Shown one piece after another: positions 9,257-18,539 of a stretch of DNA of 36,234 nt. The translations under genes and the position numbers were made by a program. The stretch is from a virus (lineage: Duplodnaviria > Caudoviricetes), in IMG/VR virus record IMGVR_UViG_3300037286_000125, positions 1 through 36,234 of that record, one strand, 5' to 3'. Each line of letters begins with the position of its first letter. Positions within the stretch are counted from its first letter, which is position 1. The notes beneath the pieces are model-generated. The model saw only the letters and a list, made by a program, of their open reading frames with translations, had not been told where the DNA came from and did not search any database.

Positions 9257-9701
9257 GCTTGTCCCTCCTTTTACACATCGCATGTATCTTCATGTGCTCA
9301 CTCCTGCTTGTCACAACCAAATTGCTCGAATCATTGTTGTAGTGGTTTCCATCAATGTGGTGAACCTCATCACTGGCAGTCAACGCTCGTCCAAGTTTGT
9401 GTTCTAAAATTTGCCTATACAACACTTTTCCAGATACACGCTGATTTTTCGCACCGGCTTTTTCAAAGTTAATGTAATCCATATAACAATCCCGATCGCA
9501 GAAATTATGCTGATTACGACCGATGTCGGACAGCTTTTTAATGAATTGCTTCCCGCACCAATTACAAGTAACATTGGCTTTTTTGACTTTTGCAGCGTAG
9601 GAACATTCAACGCTGCAGTAGCGGTGCTTGTTACGATTTCCATGCCGATCTCGTTTAGTGATTTCTTTTCCGCACCAATCACAGGTGACATGTAATTTCA
9701 T
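9237..9701 (-). CDS. HNH endonuclease with tandem Cys-rich zinc-finger repeats (homing-endonuclease-like)
   Basis: Two 'CxWCGK...(Y/F)CxxxC' repeats, then 'EVHHIDGNHYNNDSSNL...HMKIH'; SD GGAGG before the ATG at 9701. Confidence 0.85.
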   Translation of the reverse strand: MKLHVTCDWCGKEITKRDRHGNRNKHRYCSVECSYAAKVKKANVTCNWCGKQFIKKLSDIGRNQHNFCDRDCYMDYINFEKAGAKNQRVSGKVLYRQILEHKLGRALTASDEVHHIDGNHYNNDSSNLVVTSRSEHMKIHAMCKRRDKRGRFTK

Positions 9702-9963
9702 GAATGATCCCTCCAATCTGTCCGGGGTCGTCAATGCAGAACACCGGAAAGCCTAACGCTTCCAGTTGCCTTTTCCGCTTTTCCTGTAATGGGCGGGGGC
9801 GCTTCCCAGGGGCTTTCAGTTCAATGAATGCGAGCTTCCCATGTGGAAATAGGACCAGTCGGTCGGGCATACCATCGAATCCAGGGATATTCAGCTTCAA
9901 GGCGAAACCTCCCATGGACTTCACTTCTTTTATGAGTTTTACTTCGATTATTTTTTCTCTCAT
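9679..9963 (-). CDS. VRR-NUC domain nuclease
   Basis: 'MREKIIE...GMPDRLV...FIELKAPG..PRPLQ'. Confidence 0.9.
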   Translation of the reverse strand: MREKIIEVKLIKEVKSMGGFALKLNIPGFDGMPDRLVLFPHGKLAFIELKAPGKRPRPLQEKRKRQLEALGFPVFCIDDPGQIGGIIHEITCHL

Positions 9964-9979
9964 GCCATTCCTTTCCGCC

Positions 9980-10125
9980 TTTTCATGAGTTCCAAAGTTC
10001 CAGGTTCCAAGAAGTTCCACGGATTCCTTATAGCCTATACGCGCGTATATGCAGGTGTACGTGATGACTCTCTCCCTATATCCATATTTCTTTATATATT
10101 TAGGAATTATGGAACTCATGGAAAA
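9980..10125. repeat. Probable phage replication origin: GTTCCA iterons, inverted repeat and palindrome
   Basis: GTTCCA at 9989, 9997, 10004 and 10014; CATGAGTTCCA (9984-9994) inverted at 10110-10120; palindrome TATACGCGCGTATA at 10036-10049; AT-rich stretch at about 10075-10110; directly downstream of the primase. Confidence 0.6.
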
Positions 10126-10155
10126 AGTATTGATATTAAAGGGTTCTAAGCGGTT

Positions 10156-12585
10156 CTAAGATGTTGTTTCCTGACGTCTCGTGGCTACCAATGGGAAGGT
10201 CTCCATGATGACATCTTCCTTGGACTGACCATCGCTTACTCGCAGCCACACATACTGGGCGCCGTAGCCCTTGATTTTCTTCTTCTGCCCGGAGTACACC
10301 CAGCCACCGATTTTTTGCATGATGAGCTTTATCTTATAGCTGTCCGCCTGGCGCTCGAATTTGCCCCGATCGTTCCCGAAGCACTCGCACCAGATCTCCA
10401 TGTTGCTGACATGCTCGCGAAGCATGATGCCTGGTGCCTGGAGCGGGTCGTCGGATGAGAAGTAGTTTTTCCTGCTGTAAAGGTCCATGTCGTACCAGTT
10501 ATCCGGCAGGAGCATATCCAGAAAATCCTTCACGATGCCTTCCCGCTCATCGGTCTCCAGGGCGGCAGTCTGTTCGGCCTTCGCCTGCTCGGCTGCTTCA
10601 CCGTCCAGGTAGAGTTTCTCGCCCTGGGTCCAGTAGTACTTAGCTTCAGCCCAGATCTGGGGCACATTAGATTCAGGGAGATCCCAACCCTTCTTGGTGG
10701 AGCCATGGACGCGTACGACCCAGAACCTTCGGTTGCCCGTGGTGTCACGAAGGAAGCCCGAACTTTCGGCATTGGTCGAACCTACCAGTATGCACTGGCG
10801 GGGATGGCTTTCCACGGACCTGCCGTAGGAAGGTCGGTATTGGTCGTCCTGCCTTGACAGGAACCCCTTGATGTTATTGACGTCCATCTTGGACAGCCCG
10901 GCGAGTTCTGGGATCTCGACGATCCACACGCCCTGGATCTTCTCGGCGGCATCCTTGCCCTTGCCCATATCCGTAAAATTCAGGCTGTCGGAAAACCACT
11001 CCCCGGCAAGCCTTGCAAAGAACGTGGACTTGCCAAGATCGGTCTGGCCGTTAAGCACCAGCATGGAGTCATACTTGACGCCCGGATGATAGATACGGGC
11101 GACTGCCGCCACCAGGGTCTTTCTGGTGACGGTCCTGGTGTATTTGGTGTCGTCGGCTCCGAAATATTCGATGAGCAGCGTGTCGACCCGGCAAACACCA
11201 TCCCACGGGGGAAGGATGTCCAGGTATTCCTTGATTGGATGAAAGGCCCGATCGTCAGCGACCTTCGTTATTGCAAGCTCATAGTTTCTGGATGAGAAGG
11301 TCCCGTATGTCCTGTCCACATAAGCCACAAGCTGGGCTGTATCGGCATCGCGCCAGGACTGGTGCGGTCTTGGCCATGGAAGGCCGGGGTCACCGTAGAT
11401 CTGGTTGGCCAGACGGTTGTATCTGATCCCTTTCAGCTTGGAGTCGTTTTTGAGGATCAGTAGCAGGTTGCCCAGATTGTTCTTGAGGACCGTGGATCGC
11501 GGTTCATATTCCAGGTTCTTCTCCCAGTCAGAACTCGCTTCTGTGAAATCTGAGGATGCCTGGGCTTTCCGTTCTTCAGCCAGCAGGAGCTTCACACGTT
11601 CGTCGGATACCGCAAGCTCCGTCATGGATTTATAGGACGGGAGCTTGGTGACGGGTGTTTCCTCCGGAAAATTTTTATCCAGGTCGTGATACTTATGGAA
11701 CCTGACCAGGTCGAAGGCATTCATCAGTTTCCCACAGGCAGGGTCTGTGGCATGGTGACTGTATGCAAATTTGCCGTCGTAGATCACCACGCCGGCGCTG
11801 CTGTCTGCAGGGATGTAGTCGTACCTTCCGTTCATGGCGGAGGGTTCGTATATGCCAGAGAGGAATGCATCGATGGCTTCCTCAACGCTGTATGCCCTGT
11901 TGAAGGCTCCGATGATACCAGGTTTCGCGAGAGGGTCTCCAGCCTGGGTGGCCGCTGTGTGGATCACTTCCGACTGCCGGCTGGAGCGCGGCCATGTGGA
12001 CTCATCCTGCCAGTTGTCATATTTGGACAGGTAGTCGTCTGGGTTTAGGATCTTGCCGTCGAGCCTTTTGAAGAAAAATTCACCGTTGGATGATGTGGAC
12101 GGCCAGTACATCAGCCTATGCGGCTCATAGGTCGTGTCGTCGAAGAGGTCGATGCCGATCTCCTTCGCCACCATCCTGGCCACTGCCGGGTATTCCGCTT
12201 CGGAGATTTCCCGGGCCAATGGTATTGCCAGACGGATGCGGGGATGCTCCGGGGTATGCTTGTGCGTGGAGTATGCGCAGTACGTAAAATCATGGAGCAT
12301 GTTCAGCTCGTCCCAGATGCCCGGAGTACCATAGTCCATGTCGAGCAGGACCATAGACCGGCAAAGGACGAATCCCTTTTTGCGCCTGCCTTCCCGGAGA
12401 TGCCCGGCGACATAGCCCCCCACGTCCTTGATTGTGTCCTGTTGACCCTTTTTGAGCTTGCGGTATTCCTGGACGGTTTCGGTAGTCCGGATGGTGGTGC
12501 TGACCTTGGTGCAGAAGTCTTCCCAGGAGATTTCATTGTTCTTCCATTTCTTATCTAGCCGGCTGTTGCCGTAGGAAATCTTCAT
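10156..12585 (-). CDS. Primase-helicase, virulence-associated E (VapE) family
   Basis: N-terminal AEP-like 'LLDMD...YSTHKH...PRIRLAIPL'; C-terminal 'GQTDLGKST', 'YRPSYGR..ESHPRQC', 'FLRDTTGNRRFW'. Confidence 0.9.
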   Translation of the reverse strand: MKISYGNSRLDKKWKNNEISWEDFCTKVSTTIRTTETVQEYRKLKKGQQDTIKDVGGYVAGHLREGRRKKGFVLCRSMVLLDMDYGTPGIWDELNMLHDFTYCAYSTHKHTPEHPRIRLAIPLAREISEAEYPAVARMVAKEIGIDLFDDTTYEPHRLMYWPSTSSNGEFFFKRLDGKILNPDDYLSKYDNWQDESTWPRSSRQSEVIHTAATQAGDPLAKPGIIGAFNRAYSVEEAIDAFLSGIYEPSAMNGRYDYIPADSSAGVVIYDGKFAYSHHATDPACGKLMNAFDLVRFHKYHDLDKNFPEETPVTKLPSYKSMTELAVSDERVKLLLAEERKAQASSDFTEASSDWEKNLEYEPRSTVLKNNLGNLLLILKNDSKLKGIRYNRLANQIYGDPGLPWPRPHQSWRDADTAQLVAYVDRTYGTFSSRNYELAITKVADDRAFHPIKEYLDILPPWDGVCRVDTLLIEYFGADDTKYTRTVTRKTLVAAVARIYHPGVKYDSMLVLNGQTDLGKSTFFARLAGEWFSDSLNFTDMGKGKDAAEKIQGVWIVEIPELAGLSKMDVNNIKGFLSRQDDQYRPSYGRSVESHPRQCILVGSTNAESSGFLRDTTGNRRFWVVRVHGSTKKGWDLPESNVPQIWAEAKYYWTQGEKLYLDGEAAEQAKAEQTAALETDEREGIVKDFLDMLLPDNWYDMDLYSRKNYFSSDDPLQAPGIMLREHVSNMEIWCECFGNDRGKFERQADSYKIKLIMQKIGGWVYSGQKKKIKGYGAQYVWLRVSDGQSKEDVIMETFPLVATRRQETTS

Positions 12586-12911
12586 CGCGAATCCTCCTTC
12601 GCCTGATCCTCCAATACGGAGACGGCAAATTTCAAGGTTTCAATGAAGGTTTCCAGCTCGGAGTCCCCGCCAAGTGTGACTTCGAATCCGTCGCAGCCGC
12701 CCCAGCGGTTAGGGATAACCTTAACATCGATGTCAGTGCCTCTCAGGTCGGCGATACGTACATAGGTCCTTGATCCATGACCTGTGTCTCCACCCTGATA
12801 ACCATTGGTGCCTGCTTCGACTTCCAGCATGTTTGCGCTTATGACCTCGCGCTGCCAGGTTTCTATTTTCTTGCCATTGACCATTCTCTGTTTACTTTTG
12901 ATCTCGTACAT
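12582..12911 (-). CDS. Hypothetical phage protein (109 aa)
   Basis: Start MYEIK after a GAGGAGG SD; 4-bp overlap with the primase start. Confidence 0.7.
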   Translation of the reverse strand: MYEIKSKQRMVNGKKIETWQREVISANMLEVEAGTNGYQGGDTGHGSRTYVRIADLRGTDIDVKVIPNRWGGCDGFEVTLGGDSELETFIETLKFAVSVLEDQAKEDSR

Positions 12912-13332
12912 TTTGGACCTCCTCGCAATTCGTGTTGGAGTAACGGATGTTGTAGTTCCTGCGCTTGGCCCTGTCAATCTCGGCTTCCATACCGCAGGAG
13001 ATATAGGTCCCGAACACCCAGACTTCTGCGCATTTTGACATCAATACATTGCCGAAGAACAGGCCTAGCTCCCGCTCGGCAGGCAGGATGTCATCGAAGA
13101 ATTGGGTGAACAGCAAGTGCGGTGCGATAGGGATATAGCCCCTATCTGCCGCAAATCTGCTGTAGCGTCTGGCCGCCAGGGTATTTGACTCGATGTCCCC
13201 GGAATAAGGGGAACAGATATATACCATCGGGCGGAAGGTGTTCCTGGCTTTTTCTGATTGCTCGACCGCCGTCAATGCCTCGTATGCGGTGGGGTCGTAG
13301 TAGCCTTCGGAGTTGAATTTGCTTATGCTCAT
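12892..13332 (-). CDS. DUF4406-like / nucleoside deoxyribosyltransferase-fold phage protein
   Basis: 'NSEGYYDPTAYEAL', 'VYICSPYSGD', 'PIAPHL', 'CAEVWVFG..IS.GM.AEI'. Confidence 0.8.
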   Translation of the reverse strand: MSISKFNSEGYYDPTAYEALTAVEQSEKARNTFRPMVYICSPYSGDIESNTLAARRYSRFAADRGYIPIAPHLLFTQFFDDILPAERELGLFFGNVLMSKCAEVWVFGTYISCGMEAEIDRAKRRNYNIRYSNTNCEEVQNVRDQK

Positions 13333-13345
13333 CGTCCCGACCCCG

Positions 13346-14014
13346 CTATGCGATTTTCTTCTGGAGCTTCATCTTGTACCATTCAAGGTGACGCTTGCGC
13401 TGCTCATAGTCAGGTACAGCCAGGAGAAGCCCTATGTCCACCTTTTGGAGGATCTCGATCATCTGGATCTGGTCATCTGAAAGGTAAGGGCGGATGCTGG
13501 TGCCTTTTTCAAGATCACGGGCTTGCCTGAACTGTTTTGCCGACATCCCGGTGACAATCCGGTTAATCATGTCGCACTCGTTGCTGAAATGGTAAGGCTT
13601 CGGGTTGTCGTGAAGGAGCTTGATGTTTTCTGTTAGTAGGGGGAAGTCCTTACGGGCTGTGGCCAGCGTCTTGATGAACTGCTCCATTTCGTTGAAACGT
13701 CTGATGTAGAGTTCCTTGAACCTCATCGCCTTTTGACCGGTGTATCCCATGACCAGCATGGTGAAGCCATCCCGCGTCATCATGTAGCAAGGAAGCTTTC
13801 TGCCGGTCTTATCCTTGTAATAGGTCAGCTCAAAATTGGATTCAGTGAACTCATCACTCAATCCAGATCTGGAGTCAGTGATTCTGGCGATATCCCGCAG
13901 AACGTGGAAGTGTTCTTTCTCAAAGAACTCGGCAATATATAGGCTGTCGACCCTGGCGGTGTCGTTGGTGTCTGCGAAAACTCCGTAGTTATCTTTTGGT
14001 ATCAGTTCTTTCAT
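13346..14014 (-). CDS. Rha family phage regulatory protein
   Basis: 'DSLYIAEFFEKEHFHVLRDI', 'YMMTRDGFTMLVMGYTGQKAMRFKELYIRRFNEME'; start MKELIPK coupled to the upstream stop. Confidence 0.9.
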   Translation of the reverse strand: MKELIPKDNYGVFADTNDTARVDSLYIAEFFEKEHFHVLRDIARITDSRSGLSDEFTESNFELTYYKDKTGRKLPCYMMTRDGFTMLVMGYTGQKAMRFKELYIRRFNEMEQFIKTLATARKDFPLLTENIKLLHDNPKPYHFSNECDMINRIVTGMSAKQFRQARDLEKGTSIRPYLSDDQIQMIEILQKVDIGLLLAVPDYEQRKRHLEWYKMKLQKKIA

Positions 14015-14220
14015 CTCATCAATTCCTCCAATCTTTCCATGCTGCAGTCCGTGCAATATACTGATGTGCCGTAAAGGTCGCCCTCGCCGTCGCTGAGCAG
14101 TTCGCCCAGGTCGATCTGGACCTCGCTCCCGCAACCGGGGCAGGTGCAGTAGACATTATCGTCATGGATTTCCACCATGACCTCAGCCGCTTCGCTGAGT
14201 TTTTCTTTAACGTAGAACAT
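14011..14220 (-). CDS. Small zinc-ribbon phage protein
   Basis: CPGC and CTDC motifs; GGAGG SD before MFYVKE. Confidence 0.75.
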   Translation of the reverse strand: MFYVKEKLSEAAEVMVEIHDDNVYCTCPGCGSEVQIDLGELLSDGEGDLYGTSVYCTDCSMERLEELMR

Positions 14221-14261
14221 TTCTATGACCTCCCATCTTGAAGGCATCATTGCCTCCTATA

Positions 14262-14294
14262 ATCCAAAGGACAGAAGATGGTTCCATGAGTACC
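14262..14294 (-). promoter_or_regulatory. Bipartite promoter-like motif B, copy 1 (GGTACTCA-N11-TCTGTCCTTTGGAT)
   Basis: Identical boxes and spacer length at 19070-19102. Confidence 0.72.
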
Positions 14295-14299
14295 ATCGA

Positions 14300-16252
14300 T
14301 CAATCTTTTTTATAAAAATCTGTTTCGTAGCCGTCGGCCCGGAGCTGAAGCCCTTTAGCCCAGGGAGGTGTCAGCCCCATCTTGCTGCAGATAACTTCCG
14401 TTGAAGTGTCCATTTCAGCTTCAATGACCACTTCATCATGGACATGCATGACGATGCTGCAGTCCCTGAGGTTTTTCATGGCAAAGCACAGGATGTCACG
14501 ACTTGTGGCTTGCACGATGTTCTCGACAAACTTGGGTCCGTAGCTTTGGATCCGCTCCCATTTCTTCGTGCTGCCTATGCCTTCATAGGTCACACATTCG
14601 GATCCGAACTGGTTCTCGCCGATCCGGGGTTTGACATAGGTCAGCCGTCTCCCGGAGGGAAGCGTGATAAAGAGCATCCCGCTTTGGTATGTGAATCTGA
14701 TTCCGTGGGTTTCGGTGATTGTTCGATCCTTGACCGCTTTTAAAGCCGCACGGTCCACGTCCCACCAGAGCCTTACGATGTTTTGGTTTGATGACCGCCA
14801 TGCGGTGACCAGGGGCTGCAATTCTTCCTCGCCAAGTCCCATCTCTAAGGCTCCCATGGCTTTCAGTGCGCCGACCGATCCGCCGTAGCCGAGGGCAAGT
14901 TCAGCAATCTTACCTTTTTGTCTGACATGGGAGTTAACGCCATGCTTCTCAACGGGAACCCGGAACATCTGGGACGCCGAGGCACAGTAGATGTCGCCGC
15001 CTGTTGCAAAGACCTCCTGACGCCAGGATTCTCCGGCAAGCCATGCGATCACACGTGCTTCGATGGCAGCGAAGTCCGCCACGACTAACTTGCATCCGGG
15101 CTTTGGGATAAAGGCAGTACGGATGAGTTCCGACAAGACTTCCGCGACGGCATCGTACAGCATTTCCAGGGCTTCGAGATTACCTTCTCTCACTAAACCG
15201 CGAGCTTCTTCCAGATCAGGCATGTGGTTCTGCGGCAGGTTTTGCATCTGAATGAGCCTGCCCGCCCAGCGGCCGGTTCGGTTCGCTCCATAAAACTGGA
15301 ACATCCCACGAGCACGACCGTCACTGCAGACTGCGCTTTCCATGGCCTGATATTTCTTGATGGAGGATTTCGCAAGCTGCTGACGGAGCGCCAATACCTC
15401 TCCAAGAGGTGCCGGAGCCGTCTTTAGGAGTTCAGCGACCACTTTCTTTCCAAGGGTGTCTGTTTCCAAGCCATTGTCGAAAAGCCACTGCTTCATCTGA
15501 GACGCTGAATTGGGGTTATCCAGATCAGTCAGTTCCTGAATCAGGCTGACAAGCTTGGATCTGGACTCCCGGTCGGCGAGAATGGCGTTTTTTACGAAAG
15601 GCACATCTAAAGCGACTCCCCTGTCATTGATCTCCTGATCCAGGTGGTATTCCTCCCAGACAGAGTCAGGCACAGGGAATTTCCCGAGCTTTTCCTGGAT
15701 GGCGAGTTCAATCTCGACATCTCTTAGGTTGTATTCCTTAAAGGTCGACCACTTTTCTGGAGTGTGAGCTGGGAGGTTACGTGCTCTCATGCCATTTGCA
15801 GCGTTCGGATTGCAGGGTTGGCAGAAATACCGGATGAGGTCTTTGCCTTCTTTCAGCTTTTGCTTTTCAAGACCCAGGACCAAGCCGACTCCCTCCAGGG
15901 AAAGCGGAAGTCCCATGACCGCTGACCAGACCATGGAACAGCGCCATTGTTTCGGATCAAGATAATTCCCTGTAGGCAAGCCTAGGTGTCTGGAAAGGCA
16001 GATGCGTTCAAAATTGGCATTGAAGGCCCACTTCAATATGGTTTCATCCTCAATGGCTTTAAGGATAATCGTCGGAATCACTTCACCTTCAGTCAGGTCG
16101 ACGACACTGACAGCTCCTCCATCGACGGAATAACCAAAGAGTAGGATTTCGAATTCCGGAGACTCGACATATTTATAAATTCCTGATTTTCCAAGATCAA
16201 CTGACGAATATGTCTCCAAGTCAATAGTCAGAGACTTCCTTATTGCTGACAT
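14300..16252 (-). CDS. Family A DNA polymerase with 3'-5' exonuclease domain
   Basis: Exo 'IDLETYS' and 'AFNANFE'; polymerase 'DFAAIEAR', 'RQKGKIAELALGYGG', 'HVHDE'; SD before the ATG at 16252. Confidence 0.95.
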   Translation of the reverse strand: MSAIRKSLTIDLETYSSVDLGKSGIYKYVESPEFEILLFGYSVDGGAVSVVDLTEGEVIPTIILKAIEDETILKWAFNANFERICLSRHLGLPTGNYLDPKQWRCSMVWSAVMGLPLSLEGVGLVLGLEKQKLKEGKDLIRYFCQPCNPNAANGMRARNLPAHTPEKWSTFKEYNLRDVEIELAIQEKLGKFPVPDSVWEEYHLDQEINDRGVALDVPFVKNAILADRESRSKLVSLIQELTDLDNPNSASQMKQWLFDNGLETDTLGKKVVAELLKTAPAPLGEVLALRQQLAKSSIKKYQAMESAVCSDGRARGMFQFYGANRTGRWAGRLIQMQNLPQNHMPDLEEARGLVREGNLEALEMLYDAVAEVLSELIRTAFIPKPGCKLVVADFAAIEARVIAWLAGESWRQEVFATGGDIYCASASQMFRVPVEKHGVNSHVRQKGKIAELALGYGGSVGALKAMGALEMGLGEEELQPLVTAWRSSNQNIVRLWWDVDRAALKAVKDRTITETHGIRFTYQSGMLFITLPSGRRLTYVKPRIGENQFGSECVTYEGIGSTKKWERIQSYGPKFVENIVQATSRDILCFAMKNLRDCSIVMHVHDEVVIEAEMDTSTEVICSKMGLTPPWAKGLQLRADGYETDFYKKD

Positions 16253-16760
16253 ACAAAAGCCTCCTCTCTGCAGATTTTCTTGCTTTTTTTGCAGCTTCAA
16301 GTGATTTGAACCACCCAATGTAATGCACTATTCCGTCATAACCAATAGTTGCTTGGTAACCGCCATCTTTAGCGGACACCCCGGTGAAACCACTTGTGTT
16401 ATCGGCTCTTTTAGCTCTCCTAAAATCAGTCCTACCATTTGCATAGGCGTGATTCATGTTTTCTTGTGGGGTTACCCACTCGAGGTTCTCAAGTCGATTA
16501 TCTGTTTTGTCCAAATTCTTATGATTGATTTGTTTTCTGAGATCACTCGATTTTCCTATGAATGTTTCAGCCACTAATCGATGGACTAGAAACTGTCTTT
16601 TTTTATGGTCATGACTAGAAAGAGAGATTTTCCGATAACCATTGCCGCTACGAGTACATTTTCGAAATTTCCCGGAACGCAGACTCAAGATTTCACCTCT
16701 GGAGCTAATTAAATACAAGCCCTCATATCCGGGTATTTCTTTCCAGATATTGATTCCCAT
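16221..16760 (-). CDS. NUMOD4-HNH endonuclease with C-terminal AP2-like domain (homing-endonuclease-like)
   Basis: 'WKEIPGYEGLYLISSRG', 'VHRLVAETF...INHKNLDKTDNRLENLEW', 'NTSGFTGV...YIGWF...AAKKAR'. Confidence 0.9.
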   Translation of the reverse strand: MGINIWKEIPGYEGLYLISSRGEILSLRSGKFRKCTRSGNGYRKISLSSHDHKKRQFLVHRLVAETFIGKSSDLRKQINHKNLDKTDNRLENLEWVTPQENMNHAYANGRTDFRRAKRADNTSGFTGVSAKDGGYQATIGYDGIVHYIGWFKSLEAAKKARKSAERRLLYVSNKEVSDY

Positions 16761-16785
16761 AAGTTCTCCTTCATCCAATTTTTGA

Positions 16786-16809
16786 GGGTGACAGATTGCT
16801 CTGCCACCC
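16786..16809. promoter_or_regulatory. GC-rich stem-loop downstream of the DUF2815 gene
   Basis: GGGTGACAGA-TTGC-TCTGCCACCC hairpin; no clear U-tract on the minus strand. Confidence 0.4.
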
Positions 16810-16825
16810 CCTTTGATAAGAGCAG

Positions 16826-17404
16826 TTATGACAGGAAGTCCTCATCGGATTCACTAAAGAAGTCGTCTTCAGCCCTCGATTTCCCGCCCAGGGGTTCTCC
16901 GTCGCGAACCTTCTGCAAGTTGTTGAGTCCACAGGCTATACCTTTGTTGCCGTTGCTATTAAAGGCATAGAAATTGATGCTAGCTCGGCCATACACTCCG
17001 CTGTATACTTCTGATCGGTTGAGGATGATGTTGCGATCTACATCGACAATTCCAGGAGCCGTAGCAGAGTTAGCGTTAATGAAGTAGGTATTTGTGTAGG
17101 CCTGATCATCTGGTCTCTCGATATCGCCATCTCGCAGGGGTGTCTTTATGGATGCAAGTGGCGGCACGGACTTGCTGTTACCTTTCAGCTTGGCCTCGCC
17201 TTCGTGGTAAGCGGCTTCAATTGCGGCTTTGATCTTAGCGACTGTCAAGGTATCAGATTTTGGGATAATCAGGGATATCGAGAATTTGGGAGCGCCACCA
17301 TTGATTGATTTTGCTTCCCACACATTGGCATAGGACCAGCGTGTTTCGGGACCCGTGATGACCTTCATTGGATTACTGTTGACTTTGTTTGTATTATTTG
17401 ACAT
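16826..17404 (-). CDS. DUF2815 family ssDNA-binding protein
   Basis: 'RWSYANVWE', 'PLRDGD', 'EVYSGVYGR', 'GLNNLQKVRDGEPLGG'; acidic tail. Confidence 0.9.
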   Translation of the reverse strand: MSNNTNKVNSNPMKVITGPETRWSYANVWEAKSINGGAPKFSISLIIPKSDTLTVAKIKAAIEAAYHEGEAKLKGNSKSVPPLASIKTPLRDGDIERPDDQAYTNTYFINANSATAPGIVDVDRNIILNRSEVYSGVYGRASINFYAFNSNGNKGIACGLNNLQKVRDGEPLGGKSRAEDDFFSESDEDFLS

Positions 17405-17420
17405 AAGATTTTCCTCCTAA

Positions 17421-18539
17421 CTATTCGTTGAAATCATTTTGTGCTGCATTGATTTCCGGCCTTTTATCGCTCTCCGGCACGAGCGTTGGTTTGCCTTGTG
17501 GCTTTTCGATGTAGTTGCCTAGAATCTCCTCAAAGCGTTTCTTGCCGAGAAGGGATGTCATGGCAGTGAGACCCAAGACTTTCTGTTCATATGGGTAATA
17601 TCCGGCTGCACTTACAACTTCAGCCACTACTTGTTCGCTGATGTACTTGCGATTGGCTCTGCCTTCGACGAGTTTCCAACCGGTCCACTGTTTGCCGCTG
17701 ACAGCCGCCTGAAGCGCATATTCCTTGATGTCGGATGCCCAAGAAACCAAGTCGTCGACTTTGCTGAGGATGATTTCTATCTCCTGATCGGACAGTAGCG
17801 GGGGTAATTTGAAGTCGAACCTTGCCAGCTCCATGTTCTGTTCACCCCTTGCGCGGCATTCATGCTTGGCCTTGCAGAATTGGCACCACTCGCCGCTTTG
17901 GAAGATTCCTTCTCCGGCGTAGGCAAGCTCCGCAGCTGGTTTGAGGATCTCCTCTGCCCACTGGTAAAGAGACTCCTTGAATACCGTATGGGTGGATATG
18001 TTGTCTCTCCTGGGTTGATAGATTGTCATGGAGACCGTACCGATGTCGTAAATTCCTTCAAAGATCTCCAAGGCACCTAGGGCATAGAGTTTCATCTGTG
18101 GATTATCCTTAGGGTCCACCAGGACGCCCTGACCATGTTTGTAATCCACGATGTGGAGAAACCCATCGGCGATGATCACGCAGTCGCCTGTCCCAAAGCC
18201 GCCCTCTACGTATCTTGAGAAATCAAGCCTTTGTTCAATGAGCACCAAGGGATCAGAGCAGTTCTTTTTTGAGTTCTCCACTAGCTCCAAGATATATGCT
18301 GCATAGTTATCGGCGCAGTCCTCCATTTCCTGGCTGTAATAGGTCAGGTCCTCAGTCGGGTCTTTTGAGGTGCTACCGAGAATTGTCTTCAGCTTGTGCT
18401 CGCAGAGGGTATGGGCTTCTGTTCCTTCGGCGGCAAAGTTGCTGTCTTTGTCCTCGTAGCTTTCGCAGACTCTTGCCGAAGGGGGGCAATGAATCCACCG
18501 ATGGGATGATGACGCTGATAGGAGTGCGTGTTTACCCAT
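17421..18539 (-). CDS. DUF2800 Cas4-like PD-(D/E)xK nuclease
   Basis: 'HALLSASSSHRW..CPPS', 'GTGD...IVDYKHG', 'NPQMKLYALG', 'WCQFCKAK..C'. Confidence 0.9.
   Translation of the reverse strand: MGKHALLSASSSHRWIHCPPSARVCESYEDKDSNFAAEGTEAHTLCEHKLKTILGSTSKDPTEDLTYYSQEMEDCADNYAAYILELVENSKKNCSDPLVLIEQRLDFSRYVEGGFGTGDCVIIADGFLHIVDYKHGQGVLVDPKDNPQMKLYALGALEIFEGIYDIGTVSMTIYQPRRDNISTHTVFKESLYQWAEEILKPAAELAYAGEGIFQSGEWCQFCKAKHECRARGEQNMELARFDFKLPPLLSDQEIEIILSKVDDLVSWASDIKEYALQAAVSGKQWTGWKLVEGRANRKYISEQVVAEVVSAAGYYPYEQKVLGLTAMTSLLGKKRFEEILGNYIEKPQGKPTLVPESDKRPEINAAQNDFNE

Noticed and set aside
3090-12585. Virulence factors ('virulence-related protein', VapE)
   Set aside because: These are legacy family names; context and motifs indicate ordinary phage proteins.
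17421-18539. CRISPR cas4
   Set aside because: It sits in the standard phage DUF2800-DUF2815-polymerase cluster with no cas1/cas2.
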